IMG/VR virus record: IMGVR_UViG_3300034524_000181 | Location: 23,060-87,059 of that record | Direction: 5' to 3' (one strand) | DNA length: 64,000 nucleotides | Source: a virus | In this document: positions 1 through 9,435 of the stretch, one piece after another | How positions within the stretch are numbered: the first letter of the stretch is position 1 | Layout: each line of letters opens with the position of its first letter | Notes under the pieces: generated by a model | What the model saw: only the letters and a program-made list of their open reading frames with translations | Told to the model about the DNA's origin: nothing | Databases searched by the model: none | Program-made: the position numbers and the translations under genes

Positions 1-969
1 AAAATTTGTTATAGGATACACACTTTCGCCTCTGGTGCGGTAATACCTGCCCTCATGTTCAAAGATAACTGACTCGCTTTCGCGGCTGTATACGTTCTCT
101 GTAACTTCAATGGCCTTATCCAGTGTCTCCTGCCCATATGTTGCTCCACTTGCATGATGTACCGTATCCCACTTTTCCCGGAATAACCCGGAATTTCTAA
201 ACAGCCTGTCCATCTGCTCTTTGTTTTTGCCTGACCAAAAAGCCAGCATACAGCAAAGAGCAAGGTCGGCTTCGGACTGGCTCGGATACCCTGCTTCCTG
301 CCATTTTCCTTCCCATAGCAGATCAAATTCCTTATGGTTTTCGGCTGTACGGGCTTTCTCCAGAATTTCTTCATCTGTAAGCGGCTCTAGCTTAACCACC
401 TTACTGTCTTTCTTGCTTTTTCCTCTCCGTTTTTTACTTTTGATATAATTCTCATGTATCCAGGCCAGTGCTCCGTTATCTTCGGCAATGCTATCAGGAG
501 TCCCGGGCAACGGGTCGCCGGTCATTGTGAAGTACCTGCTGTGAGCATACATTTCAACGCCGGTTTTTGTGTTTTTATTGCCTTTGGCAGGCATCTCCCC
601 TTTATAGAAGATATGAAGCCCGGTTCCTGAAGGACTGATTTCCGTATAGGACGGAAACCGCTCAAGGATATCCTTGGCGGTATCGCTTAATTCCCCAGTA
701 TTTTTGTCGCGGCAGTGATCGATGTCAACTCCTACTAAGCCTCCGCCTTTTGCGAATACAAAACCCAATCCGGTATAGAGATATTGTTCTTTAGCCGCAA
801 TCGCATCGTCAAGGGTCGACCAATCGTTTGGATTAGTGCTTGAGGCTTTTCTGCCGGTTAAGGGATTGTAAGGGATTTTACTGTCTTTTCCGTCCTTCGT
901 GTTGGGTTCCAGACGCCAGCAGATCCATTGCTTCCGGTTTGCCAATTCTTTAGGGAATGAGATGCTCAT
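1..969 (-). CDS. Phage primase-polymerase (NrS-1-like PrimPol) N-terminal part; runs off the window edge
   Basis: Manual translation from ATG 969: MSISFPKELANRKQWICW...GVDIDHC...YTEISPSGTGLHIF...VEMY...RYFTMTG; DxD and SxSGxGxH AEP motifs; ATGA overlap with upstream gene. Confidence 0.8.
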   Translation of the reverse strand, partial: MSISFPKELANRKQWICWRLEPNTKDGKDSKIPYNPLTGRKASSTNPNDWSTLDDAIAAKEQYLYTGLGFVFAKGGGLVGVDIDHCRDKNTGELSDTAKDILERFPSYTEISPSGTGLHIFYKGEMPAKGNKNTKTGVEMYAHSRYFTMTGDPLPGTPDSIAEDNGALAWIHENYIKSKKRRGKSKKDSKVVKLEPLTDEEILEKARTAENHKEFDLLWEGKWQEAGYPSQSEADLALCCMLAFWSGKNKEQMDRLFRNSGLFREKWDTVHHASGATYGQETLDKAIEVTENVYSRESESVIFEHEGRYYRTRGESVYPITNF

Positions 970-1391
970 TTACACCGCACCTCCTCGCATCGTTCATTAA
1001 AATACCGGATCGGAATGCTGCGCTGCTTTGCCTTTTCAATCTCAATGGACATCCCTTTAGTAATTTTTCTGCCAAATACCCACACTTCTGAGCACTTTGA
1101 CATCAGTACCATGCCAAAGTACAAGCCCAGATTTCGCATTTGTTCATCATCGTCGTCCATAAACTGCGGAAACAAGAGGTGCGGAGCAATAGGTATGCAA
1201 TTCCTGCTCACTGCAAAGCGGCAATACCCCTGAGCCTTACGGATATTGCGTTCAGTGTCCCCGGCATATGGGCTGCAGATAAATACCATCGGTCTGTAAG
1301 GCGCTTTCCTGGCCTCTCGCTCAATCCTAAGCAGTGCTTCATAAGGTGTGGGGTCGTAATATCCTTCCGCGTTAAACTTGCTGATACTCAT
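966..1391 (-). CDS. DUF4406/DUF7768-like phage protein (nucleoside deoxyribosyltransferase-like fold)
   Basis: FICSPYAGD...PIAPHLLFPQFMDD...CSEVWVFG...GMSIEI; paralog of 50903-51337. Confidence 0.7.
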   Translation of the reverse strand: MSISKFNAEGYYDPTPYEALLRIEREARKAPYRPMVFICSPYAGDTERNIRKAQGYCRFAVSRNCIPIAPHLLFPQFMDDDDEQMRNLGLYFGMVLMSKCSEVWVFGRKITKGMSIEIEKAKQRSIPIRYFNERCEEVRCK

Positions 1392-1406
1392 GGTATTACC
1401 CCCTGC

Positions 1407-2228
1407 CTATGCGCTTTTTTGTTCACGTTCGATTACAGGCAATATACCTTTCTTGTTTTTAAGAAGGTCATAGATAAACAGCCTTCCTTTTTGTGTCCAA
1501 TATGTGTGCATTACGCTTCTTTCTGCATCAATAGCATGGGTCTTGGATTGCGTGTATCCTTGATCGGCGTACTCCTGATATAAAAGCCAGCAGTTTCCCA
1601 TTTTGTACTGTACCCCAAGTTCATGAAGCAGCTTATTGAAAGCGCGGCCAGACATTCCGTAATCCTTGGCAATCTTGCTGATCGGAACAAGGCTTTTATT
1701 TTGCAATATGAGATCATAATAGCTCGCCTTGGGCTTTAGCTCGCTGATAATCTGTTTATTCTTTGCATTTTCTATTTCTAAAGATTTCCGTCTGTCGCGT
1801 TCTGCCTTTAGTTCAGAGAAAATCCTGATACCATACTCCGGATTAGAAATCATCTCTTCGATAACTTTATCTGTAGCATAAACTCCATATTTTCTGATCG
1901 TGGGCAGCACTTCATCAAAGACCCATCTTTCAAAGCGTTCAGCAGCAGAAAGTTTACTACGTATAATGAGACGATATAGATTTCCCTCGGTAATATAAGT
2001 CCGTTCAACATGCTGTTCAGTCGAGATACCATATTGATTTGTAGTTAAGGTGACCCCGTCGTGTTTCACGACCCCGTCTGGTTTGCAATGGCGTTGTATC
2101 GCATCACGAGGGTTACTATATCCTAGCATCCTTGCACAATCCGTTGCAGGAAAGTATTCCTTTCCATCAATAACGAGTACTTTAAGTTCTCCAAATTCTG
2201 TATTCTTAAAAACCTGTAAATTAGTCAT
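1407..2228 (-). CDS. Phage antirepressor (Bro-N + KilA-C/ANT)
   Basis: FKNTEFGELKV...EGNLYRLIIRSKL...FERWVFDEVLPTIRKYG; C-terminal KPKASYYD...WTQKGRLFIY. Confidence 0.9.
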   Translation of the reverse strand: MTNLQVFKNTEFGELKVLVIDGKEYFPATDCARMLGYSNPRDAIQRHCKPDGVVKHDGVTLTTNQYGISTEQHVERTYITEGNLYRLIIRSKLSAAERFERWVFDEVLPTIRKYGVYATDKVIEEMISNPEYGIRIFSELKAERDRRKSLEIENAKNKQIISELKPKASYYDLILQNKSLVPISKIAKDYGMSGRAFNKLLHELGVQYKMGNCWLLYQEYADQGYTQSKTHAIDAERSVMHTYWTQKGRLFIYDLLKNKKGILPVIEREQKSA

Positions 2229-2232
2229 AATA

Positions 2233-4155
2233 TCAATCCTCCATTTCTTTCATTTCTCCAAAATTTCTTCCTACCGAAGCCTCTGCCACGATAGGTACAT
2301 CAAATTCAGGGAAGGGTTGTGTTTCCATACACTCTTTTATAAAAACAACTGCTTCGTCCACCTTGTCTTCCGGTAATTCAAAAACCAGCTCGTCATGTAT
2401 CTGCAGCATAGGTTTCAGCCAAAGCCTTTCGGGAAGTCCACTGATGATGCGCCCACAGGCAAGCTTTAGAATATCTGCCGCTGTACCTTGAATAGGTGTA
2501 TTTAATGCGCACCGCTCGGCAAACGACTTCTTGCCCCAATCTGATGACCGAATTCCCAGCAAGTATCTTCGCCTGCCCAGCCATGTTTCTGTATAGCAGC
2601 TTACAGCAGCCCGCTTTTTTACCTCATCCTGCCATTTGGCAAGACCGGGGTATCCGGATTTCAAGTTTTGAATGATGGTCTCACATTCGGACAAAGTTGG
2701 GTTCAGCCCAGCTTTAAATTTAAGTGTTCTCTGTAAGCCAGTAGGAAACAGGCCATAGAACACACCGAAATTGCAGTTCTTTGCAATGGTCCTACGCTCT
2801 TTATAATGTGGAGCATTTTTGTCTGCTGCCTCCTCAAAAGGAATGCGGTAAATAACAGAAGTGGTCTGAGCATGGATATCACCGCCAGTACGATAGGTTT
2901 CCAGCATACGTTTGTCCCTGCAATAAAATGCTCCGACGCGCAGTTCTATCTGTGAAAAGTCAAGGGATAAAAGAACCTTTCCGGCTGGCGAAATGATAAA
3001 TTTCCGTACGCCTATTGGGTCATTATCTTTCTGCGGGCAATTCTGCATATTCGGGTTTCTTGACGCAAATCTGCCTGTCTCTGTCCCCAGTGGCATAAGG
3101 TCCGGATGAATCCTGCCGGTATCCTCATCAATAAATCGAAGATACCCGTCTATATAGGTGGATTTGAGTTTGCCCCATTTGCGGTACTCTTGCACCAGAT
3201 CAAATAAGCGAGCAAGTTCAGGCCTGTTGGATTCACACCATTCTTTTAATAGGATCATGGTTTCATCATCGGCAGCTTCCTGATGTTTTGCGGTCGTTTT
3301 CATTACCGGAAGACCGAGATCCACAAAAAGATATTTTTTAAATGCTGAAGTTGAAGCATTTGCCCCAATCTCTACATTGCCGATAATTCCGGCAATCTCT
3401 TTTCTGATACTGACAATCTTTTCTGCGGCTTCCGCTTGTTTCTTCAGCATGGCTGACTTATCCACCAATATGCCGTTATACTTCATTATCCCGACATATA
3501 CTGATGTAGGCGATTCTACCTCTTCCACAATAGTTCTGTGTTTGGGTAAAAATCTATCAAACCACTGATTGAAAACATGATACAAGCGAAGAGTGTAGTC
3601 GCTGTCAGCACAAGCGTAGCGGACAGTCTTCTCATCCTGAGGGTTCAATTTATCGAAAAACCGACCTTCAGTAACCGTTGAGAATTCTGTCATTTCTGCT
3701 TTGCAGAGTGCAGGCGCAAGCGTTTTAAGTCCGCTGTCAGCAAGATTTCTGAACTCCCACTTGCTTTTTAATGTAAGTTGTGATGCTGCAATCGTGTCAT
3801 AGCAAGGCTTTTGAAGGACGATACCTCTTGCGTAAAGGAACATAGACTCAAAAGCCAGATTATGAGCAACTTTTATTACATCTTTTGATTCGAATAGTAA
3901 TTTCAGATAATCCCATATTGCCGCCTGGTTCTCTGCATTTCGCCCGCTACGATGTTTAAGTGGAACATATATAGCAGTCCCTTCTGATACTGAAAAACTG
4001 ATCCCTGTAATATCTGCTTTATGAGCATCCAGAGCTGCACTTTTATCGTTCCTCCATTTATCGTGGGGTGACGTTTCAAAGTCGAAAGCAAATAGGACAG
4101 TGTTTTTCAGATACTCTTTTATTTCAGACAGCATATAAACACATTTGTATCCCAT
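2233..4155 (-). CDS. Family A DNA polymerase with 3'-5' exonuclease domain (phage)
   Basis: DFET exonuclease motif, TGRFASRNPNMQN, DFSQIELR, KNCNFGVFYG, QIHDELVFE. Confidence 0.93.
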   Translation of the reverse strand: MGYKCVYMLSEIKEYLKNTVLFAFDFETSPHDKWRNDKSAALDAHKADITGISFSVSEGTAIYVPLKHRSGRNAENQAAIWDYLKLLFESKDVIKVAHNLAFESMFLYARGIVLQKPCYDTIAASQLTLKSKWEFRNLADSGLKTLAPALCKAEMTEFSTVTEGRFFDKLNPQDEKTVRYACADSDYTLRLYHVFNQWFDRFLPKHRTIVEEVESPTSVYVGIMKYNGILVDKSAMLKKQAEAAEKIVSIRKEIAGIIGNVEIGANASTSAFKKYLFVDLGLPVMKTTAKHQEAADDETMILLKEWCESNRPELARLFDLVQEYRKWGKLKSTYIDGYLRFIDEDTGRIHPDLMPLGTETGRFASRNPNMQNCPQKDNDPIGVRKFIISPAGKVLLSLDFSQIELRVGAFYCRDKRMLETYRTGGDIHAQTTSVIYRIPFEEAADKNAPHYKERRTIAKNCNFGVFYGLFPTGLQRTLKFKAGLNPTLSECETIIQNLKSGYPGLAKWQDEVKKRAAVSCYTETWLGRRRYLLGIRSSDWGKKSFAERCALNTPIQGTAADILKLACGRIISGLPERLWLKPMLQIHDELVFELPEDKVDEAVVFIKECMETQPFPEFDVPIVAEASVGRNFGEMKEMED

Positions 4156-4212
4156 GCGGTTCTCCTTTCCGCCCTATCGGAGATGGAAGTTACTCTCCGA
4201 TAGGGCCTTTGA

Positions 4213-4713
4213 TCACTTAAGCGGCTCAGTAATTTCACCTGATTCAGGGTCTACGGTTATTACGTCTTCACTGACAGGTTCAGTATCATGGCCTACGCGG
4301 GTACTGAATGCTTTGACCTGTTCGGAAAGCTTGGCTATCAGTGCATATTCGTCAGCGGTCAGATCCCGATCTACTGCAAACTGAGCTTGGGAATAGGTGA
4401 TACCGCTTGAATTGGTCGCCTTTTTCAAAGAAAAGCGAGTAACAACGCTGTTTGATTTTTTGCCTTTAGAAAGCAGCCTTTTGATGTAACGAGAGAACTC
4501 TTTCAACGATCCTGTGGGCAAAGAGAGTATCAACGGGAAAATCTCCCCTTCACGCAGTACATATATCCTGCGGCGGTTCTTGCAAGCTTTGCTGCCGTTT
4601 TCCCCCGAACCAAACTGATTATATGGACATTTGGCACAGCTTCCTCCGGGGTCTCCTTCGCCGGTTATACCATCAAAGCTTCCGCAATCCGGTGGGTTAC
4701 TGCCTCCGGTATG
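4213..4713 (-). pseudogene. 5'-truncated phage hypothetical protein (Cys-containing)
   Basis: Frame stays open upstream of 4533 ([14 protein letters not shown]...[12 protein letters not shown]...[10 protein letters not shown]) until it runs into antisense ilvB sequence at ~4711; no start or RBS seen. Confidence 0.6.
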
Positions 4714-5685
4714 CCTGTAGCAACTACCTTAATGGGCTTAGGCGGTTTTCCTTCAACCCACCCCTTGTATACAGGATTGGTTGGAATGCATGGTACAAAA
4801 ACTTCAAACCTTGCGGTTTCCAATTGTGACTTATTTATTGCTGTCGGCGCAAGGTTTAGTGATAGGGTAATAAGCGATGTAAAAAGATTTGCACCCAATG
4901 CAAAGATCATGCATATTGACATTGACCCGGCCGAAATAGGAAAAAATATTACTGTCCAGTATCCGATGGTTGGGAATATTAAAAAAATACTGCACAAACT
5001 AAATCAGATGATTGATGAAAACTAAAGAAAAGAATGGATTGAACAAATTCAACTTTGGAAAGAGCAGTATCCGCTCTCCTATGATAAAAATTCATCATTA
5101 AAACCCCAGTTTATCATAGAAAAAATATATGAGCTTACAGAAGGAAAGTCCCTTATTACAACGGAAGTAGGTCAAAACCAATTGTGGGCTGCCCAATATT
5201 ATAAATACACCGGACCCAGGACCTTTATATCCTCAGGCGGGCTAGGAACCATGGGTTATGGCCTCGGAGCATGCATTGGAGCACAAATTGGCAGACCGGA
5301 TAAAAAGGTATTTAATATTGCAGGGGACGGAAGTTTCCGCATGAACTGTAATGAACTTGCTACAGCTGTTGAATACAAATTACCTATTGTAGTGGTAATA
5401 TTAAATAATCACGTACTTGGAATGGTAAGGCAGTGGCAGGATCTCTTTTACGGCAGCCGTTTTTCATGCACTACCATCGATAGGGGAACCGATTTTGTAA
5501 AGCTTGCGGAAGCCTATGGCGCGAAAGGAATACATGTTACCAGCAATTATGAAGTGGAGGATGCAATAAAAGAAGCACTGGCGTCATCTGGTCCGGTAGT
5601 AATAAATTGCGAAATAGACAGGGATGAAAAGGTATTTCCAATTGTACCACCCGGTGCACCCATTGTGGAAAGCATTGTTGAATAA
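4711..5685 (+). pseudogene. ilvB: Acetolactate synthase large subunit, 5'-truncated, with in-frame TAA at 5023-5025
   Basis: [33 protein letters not shown], then same frame after TAA: EVGQNQLWAAQ, SGGLGTMGYG, GDGSFRMN, LGMVRQWQ. Confidence 0.9.
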
Positions 5686-5709
5686 AATAATAGTCAAATT
5701 AAATAAACC

Positions 5710-5748
5710 ATAAGGGGCAGACACAGTTGTCCGTCCCTTATTTTTTAT
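5710..5748 (+). terminator. Intrinsic terminator after ilvB
   Basis: TAAGGGGCAGACA-loop-TGTCCGTCCCTTA followed by a T-run. Confidence 0.6.
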
Positions 5749-5814
5749 GCATTTTAACGAGGTAGGTAGGACATAGCCATATATTTTTTTTGGCGCACAA
5801 AAGAATTCAAAAGG

Positions 5815-5843
5815 TTGCAATCTCTTATAAATAAAAGTATAAT
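5815..5843 (+). promoter_or_regulatory. SigA-type promoter upstream of the corA leader
   Basis: TTGCAA-17 nt-TATAAT. Confidence 0.65.
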
Positions 5844-5912
5844 ATCATTAGGTAATTAAATAAATTTTTAAAATAAAAAAACACAAGATTTAAGTAAAGG
5901 ATGGTGATGTTA

Positions 5913-6065
5913 ATGGATACGGATCCTTATCCGAACCAAAGCAGTATGTATAGAAGTTTTTGCAAACAATATACATACGAGATGTATAAAAAAATTCAAA
6001 AGGGTTTGGCAGAGGAAGAGTATTTTTTGACATTGCCAGAAATAATTTACTTTAATACCGTATAG
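5913..6065 (+). CDS. Putative 50-aa leader peptide of corA (MDTDPYPNQ...)
   Basis: Open frame preceded by AAGGATGGTGA; overlaps hairpins 5944-5978 and 6012-6100. Confidence 0.35.
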   Translation: MDTDPYPNQSSMYRSFCKQYTYEMYKKIQKGLAEEEYFLTLPEIIYFNTV

Positions 6066-6191
6066 TGGTGGGTTAGGTTGTCAAAAAGCTACTCTTTCTC
6101 GTCATGCACAAGTTAAATGCACTTTAAATGATGTAGTCAATAGATCCACGAACTGCAATTTAAAACAGACTAAGAGAATGGGGGTAGCAGA

Positions 6192-7124
6192 ATGCTATGT
6201 GTATACAAGACGATAGATGGAAAGATTCAAGAAATGGACAGGATTGAAGAGGGTTGCTGGATTAATCTAGTATCTCCGACTGAAAGTGAGATTGATAGCG
6301 TAGTGCAAGCACTTAATGTAGATCCCGGCTTTTTGAGAGCTGCGTTGGATGATGAAGAGGCATCGCGAATTGAATCGGAGGATAACCAAACACTTATTAT
6401 TATCGATATTCCATTAGCGCAACAAGATGAGGATACAATTTACTTTTCCACCATACCCTTAGGTATAGTTATTACTGATAAAAATATAGTTACCATATGT
6501 TTGAAGGAAAATTCCATAATTAATGAATTTTCAAATGGTATTGTAAAGTCCGTTTATACGAATATGAAGACGAGATTTGTCCTGCAGATATTCTTTAGAG
6601 TTGCAACCCGGTTTTTACAGTATCTTAAGCAAATAGATAGAATAAGTAACGAAGTGGAGAATCAGCTTCATAAATCTATGAAGAATAAGGAGCTAATCCA
6701 ACTGCTTGGACTAGAAAAAAGCTTGGTTTACTTCTCCACATCCTTAAAAGCTAATGAAATTACAATGGAAAAGATTCTAAGAGGTAGAACTATTAAGCTT
6801 TACGAAGAAGATCAGGACTTGTTGGAAGATGTAATTATTGAGAACAAGCAGGCTATCGAGATGTCTAATATATATAGCAGTATATTAAGCGGTATAATGG
6901 ATGCCTATGCATCTATAATCTCAAATAATTTAAATATAGTAATGAAGTTTTTAACATCCGTAACGATTGTACTGTCTTTGCCAACGATGGTAGCGAGTTT
7001 TTATGGTATGAATGTTGAGCTGCCGTTTCAGCATTCGCCCCATGCCTTTTTGTTTACCATATCGTTGTCCCTTGTATTGGTATGTACAGCTACATTCATT
7101 TTGGTAAAAAGAAAAATGTTTTGA
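6192..7124 (+). CDS. corA: CorA family Mg2+ transporter
   Basis: 310 aa; YGMNV signature; two C-terminal transmembrane helices. Confidence 0.95.
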   Translation: MLCVYKTIDGKIQEMDRIEEGCWINLVSPTESEIDSVVQALNVDPGFLRAALDDEEASRIESEDNQTLIIIDIPLAQQDEDTIYFSTIPLGIVITDKNIVTICLKENSIINEFSNGIVKSVYTNMKTRFVLQIFFRVATRFLQYLKQIDRISNEVENQLHKSMKNKELIQLLGLEKSLVYFSTSLKANEITMEKILRGRTIKLYEEDQDLLEDVIIENKQAIEMSNIYSSILSGIMDAYASIISNNLNIVMKFLTSVTIVLSLPTMVASFYGMNVELPFQHSPHAFLFTISLSLVLVCTATFILVKRKMF

Positions 7125-7130
7125 AAATAA

Positions 7131-7240
7131 TTGACTTTTTAGGAGATTTGACGTATACTATTGATTAAGTTAGTTTAAGATGAGTTGAGTAATTGTATAA
7201 GCTGAGATGAGTTTAGATGAGATGAGCCTATAACCGAGTT
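7131..7240 (+). promoter_or_regulatory. SigA promoter followed by a TRAP-like (G/U/A)AG repeat leader
   Basis: TTGACT-17-TATACT (7131-7159); 12 NAG triplets at 7167-7238, most separated by 2 nt. Confidence 0.6.
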
Positions 7241-7250
7241 TTTTGAAATA

Positions 7251-7290
7251 ACAGCGGTAGGGTTTTTCGTCCTACCGCTTTTTGTATTTT
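7251..7290 (+). terminator. Intrinsic terminator/attenuator
   Basis: AGCGGTAGG-loop-CCTACCGCT followed by TTTTGTATTTT. Confidence 0.75.
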
Positions 7291-8775
7291 GGCTCTTTGT
7301 CAATAGTTGGGGTGGGATTTTTTGCAATCCCGCTCCATTACTATTTTTAGCCCTAATTTTGTGTTATGAATGAGATGGATAGAGATATACGTGTTTTAGG
7401 GTGCACTTAATAAACCTAGCTAAAATGTAGGCTTTTTACAGGTATTCACTTTTAAGATGTTTACCTAGTACAGTGAAGAATCCTATTGCGAAATCTATAA
7501 AAGTTTTTAAGTCCAAAAGATATTCGCTTTAACACCTTGATCTTATTGTTGAAACCTTCAGTTGGGCCGTTAGTATAACCATATTTAAAAGCATTTTTAA
7601 TTTCTTTATGCCATCTTCTATATGTATCTGCACACTTCTCAAACTCTGGTATTCCAGAGCTTTCTGCATTTTGAATCCACTTAGCTAATTCCATACATTG
7701 GTAGGAATATTTATCGCTTTGGCAGATTTCATAAAACCATTCTTTAAGTTTATGGGCAATACGTAAGTCATCATTATATAAAAGCATTAAATCAACAGCT
7801 TCTTTATTCTCATCCTTAAGTTTGTGATAGCGGGTTAAAATCAGTTTTCTACTCCGTTTATAGTATTTTCTAAGAGTAGTAGTCATAGATTTCTGTATGC
7901 GTTTTCTCACATTTTCAATAGCCCAAGTTACATGCCTAATAAAGTGGTATTTATCAATAATAATTATGGCTTTAGGGAAAAATACTTTAGCTAAATCAAC
8001 GTAAGGTTGCCACATATCACATACAAAGAATTTAACCTTATTTCTTTCCTCACGAGAAAATCGCTTGAAATAACTCACAAGATCACTTTGACATCTATCA
8101 GGAATAATATCTAAAACTTTGTTCTTTTCGCCATCAACAAGAATACATTGATACTTTCCAGTCTCTGCATTACCCTTAAATTCATCAATACAGAGAACCT
8201 TAGGTAGTGTAGGAATACCATAATTAATATGATTAAAAATACGAATAACAGTAGAAACAGAAACATTAGCAGATTTAGCCACAGAAGTTAGACTAGTTAG
8301 CTTAGTAAGCTCTTGGCAAACAAAAAATGCTAATCGATTAGTCATGCGTTGATAACGAGGCAGAAAGTTATATGACTCATAAAACCTCTTTCCACAAGAG
8401 CAAACATACCTTCTTTTGCGAAGTACAAGGTAGGTATGCTTAAACTGTAAAGGTAAATCCTTAATTGTTTGTTCTCTATAATCATGAATTCTAGAGGTTT
8501 TAGAGCCACAAGCAGGACAAGTATGTTTTCGTGGCTCTGTTGTAATATAGATCTTAACAAAAGAATCACCATGTGATATTTTAGTTACTTTAATCCCTTT
8601 TAAATTTAATAATTGTGTGATAAAATTAGATTGCACTTGTGAATAAACCTCCTTTTTATGTTTGTTTGAGCAATTAACATTTTAGCAGGTTTATTTCACG
8701 AGTGCATTTTATTTTTAGGGAAAAATAAATGTTGGAGTACATTTTTTTATACACCCCAACATTTATTATAGATCC
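7291..8775 (-). mobile_element. ISL3 family insertion sequence
   Basis: Imperfect terminal IRs GGCTCTTTGTCAATAGTTGGGGTG / GGATCTATAATAAATGTTGGGGTG; no matching target duplication. Confidence 0.88.
7461..8636 (-). CDS. ISL3 family transposase
   Basis: CPACG zinc finger, IDEFKG, CDMWQPY, IDKYHF, TNGPTEGFNNKIKVLKR. Confidence 0.95.
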   Translation of the reverse strand: MQSNFITQLLNLKGIKVTKISHGDSFVKIYITTEPRKHTCPACGSKTSRIHDYREQTIKDLPLQFKHTYLVLRKRRYVCSCGKRFYESYNFLPRYQRMTNRLAFFVCQELTKLTSLTSVAKSANVSVSTVIRIFNHINYGIPTLPKVLCIDEFKGNAETGKYQCILVDGEKNKVLDIIPDRCQSDLVSYFKRFSREERNKVKFFVCDMWQPYVDLAKVFFPKAIIIIDKYHFIRHVTWAIENVRKRIQKSMTTTLRKYYKRSRKLILTRYHKLKDENKEAVDLMLLYNDDLRIAHKLKEWFYEICQSDKYSYQCMELAKWIQNAESSGIPEFEKCADTYRRWHKEIKNAFKYGYTNGPTEGFNNKIKVLKRISFGLKNFYRFRNRILHCTR

Positions 8776-9015
8776 TTTTTACATTCGCCTAAAGTTAATG
8801 GGTATGAGCAACTACAGATATTTATTGAGCCGAAAGGTACCCACCTTGTCAAAAATGATAGTTGGAAAGAAGATTTTTTATTGCAACTTGAGTCAAATGC
8901 GATTCCTATAGTTAAATTTGCAGACGACAATAATTACAGGATTTGGGGATTCCATTTCTTTAACAGGGATTTAAGACGTAAAGAGTTTGATGAAGATATG
9001 AACCGACTTTTATAA
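8776..9015 (+). pseudogene. 3' fragment of a type III restriction endonuclease (Res) gene, cut by ISL3
   Basis: FLHSP...QIFIEPKGTHLVKNDSWKEDFLLQLE...* resembles the PD-(D/E)xK C-terminus of type III Res; starts exactly at the IS end. Confidence 0.6.
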
Positions 9016-9162
9016 TATATCGCATTGATATAAGTTATTGATAAGTTTTTATTTGATTTACATCCATCCTGTATCCTCAACCCCCTATAAAAAAGGGGGT
9101 TATCTAATCTGGTAACTCAACTATTAATTTTCAGGGTGGTTGATATGTTCCCGTAAACAATA

Positions 9163-9239
9163 AAATAAGGGTTTCCTGACATTGCCACATCCGGCAAAGT
9201 GGCATGGAAAAAAGCTAAATGTCTGGAAACCCTTTATTT
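9163..9239. repeat. Inverted repeat next to the att region
   Basis: AAATAAGGGTTTCCTGACATT ... AATGTCTGGAAACCCTTTATTT. Confidence 0.6.
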
Positions 9240-9256
9240 ACAAGCTTTTCAGTTCT

Positions 9257-9400
9257 TTATTTCTCCACCCTTGACATCAATGTCACGCACTCCACATGGC
9301 TCGAGAGGATAGAACGAATGTCATTTGAGTATGTCCGTTCTCGGAAACATATCCACTGCATTTTTGGCACTATCGGTAGACGGGAACATGTCAACCAGCT
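9257..9400 (-). other. rlmD: Attachment-site region: 3' remnants of the 23S rRNA m5U methyltransferase gene
   Basis: Minus-strand fragments encode LVDMFPST, AVDMFPRT and SHVECVTLMSRVEK*, matching the RlmD/RumA C-terminal motif VDMFPxTxHVE. Confidence 0.7.
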
Positions 9401-9435
9401 ATAGTCTGCTAGTTAGATAGAATTTCAATAATTTT

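Larger units (their letters stand above)
1..4710 (-). mobile_element. Truncated replication module of a phage-like element, distinct from the large prophage
   Basis: Co-oriented PrimPol, DUF4406-like, antirepressor, PolA and a truncated ORF; visibly more GC-rich than the DNA to its right; ends abruptly at ~4710. Confidence 0.75.

Noticed and set aside
9-374. 121-aa minus-strand ORF as an independent gene
   Set aside because: It lies out of frame within the PrimPol gene (1-969) and shows no recognisable motif or RBS.
4665-4997. 110-aa minus-strand ORF as the missing start of the truncated phage gene
   Set aside because: It is antisense ilvB sequence and is not in frame with 4213-4713.
5850-6190. 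M-box (ykoK) riboswitch upstream of corA
   Set aside because: I could not find the conserved M-box sequence blocks by eye; needs an Infernal search.
7160-7240. CRISPR array or simple microsatellite
   Set aside because: Repeats are 3-nt units with 2-nt spacers. No repeat-spacer structure or cas operon was seen in the window; DUF2800 is a phage Cas4-like nuclease only.
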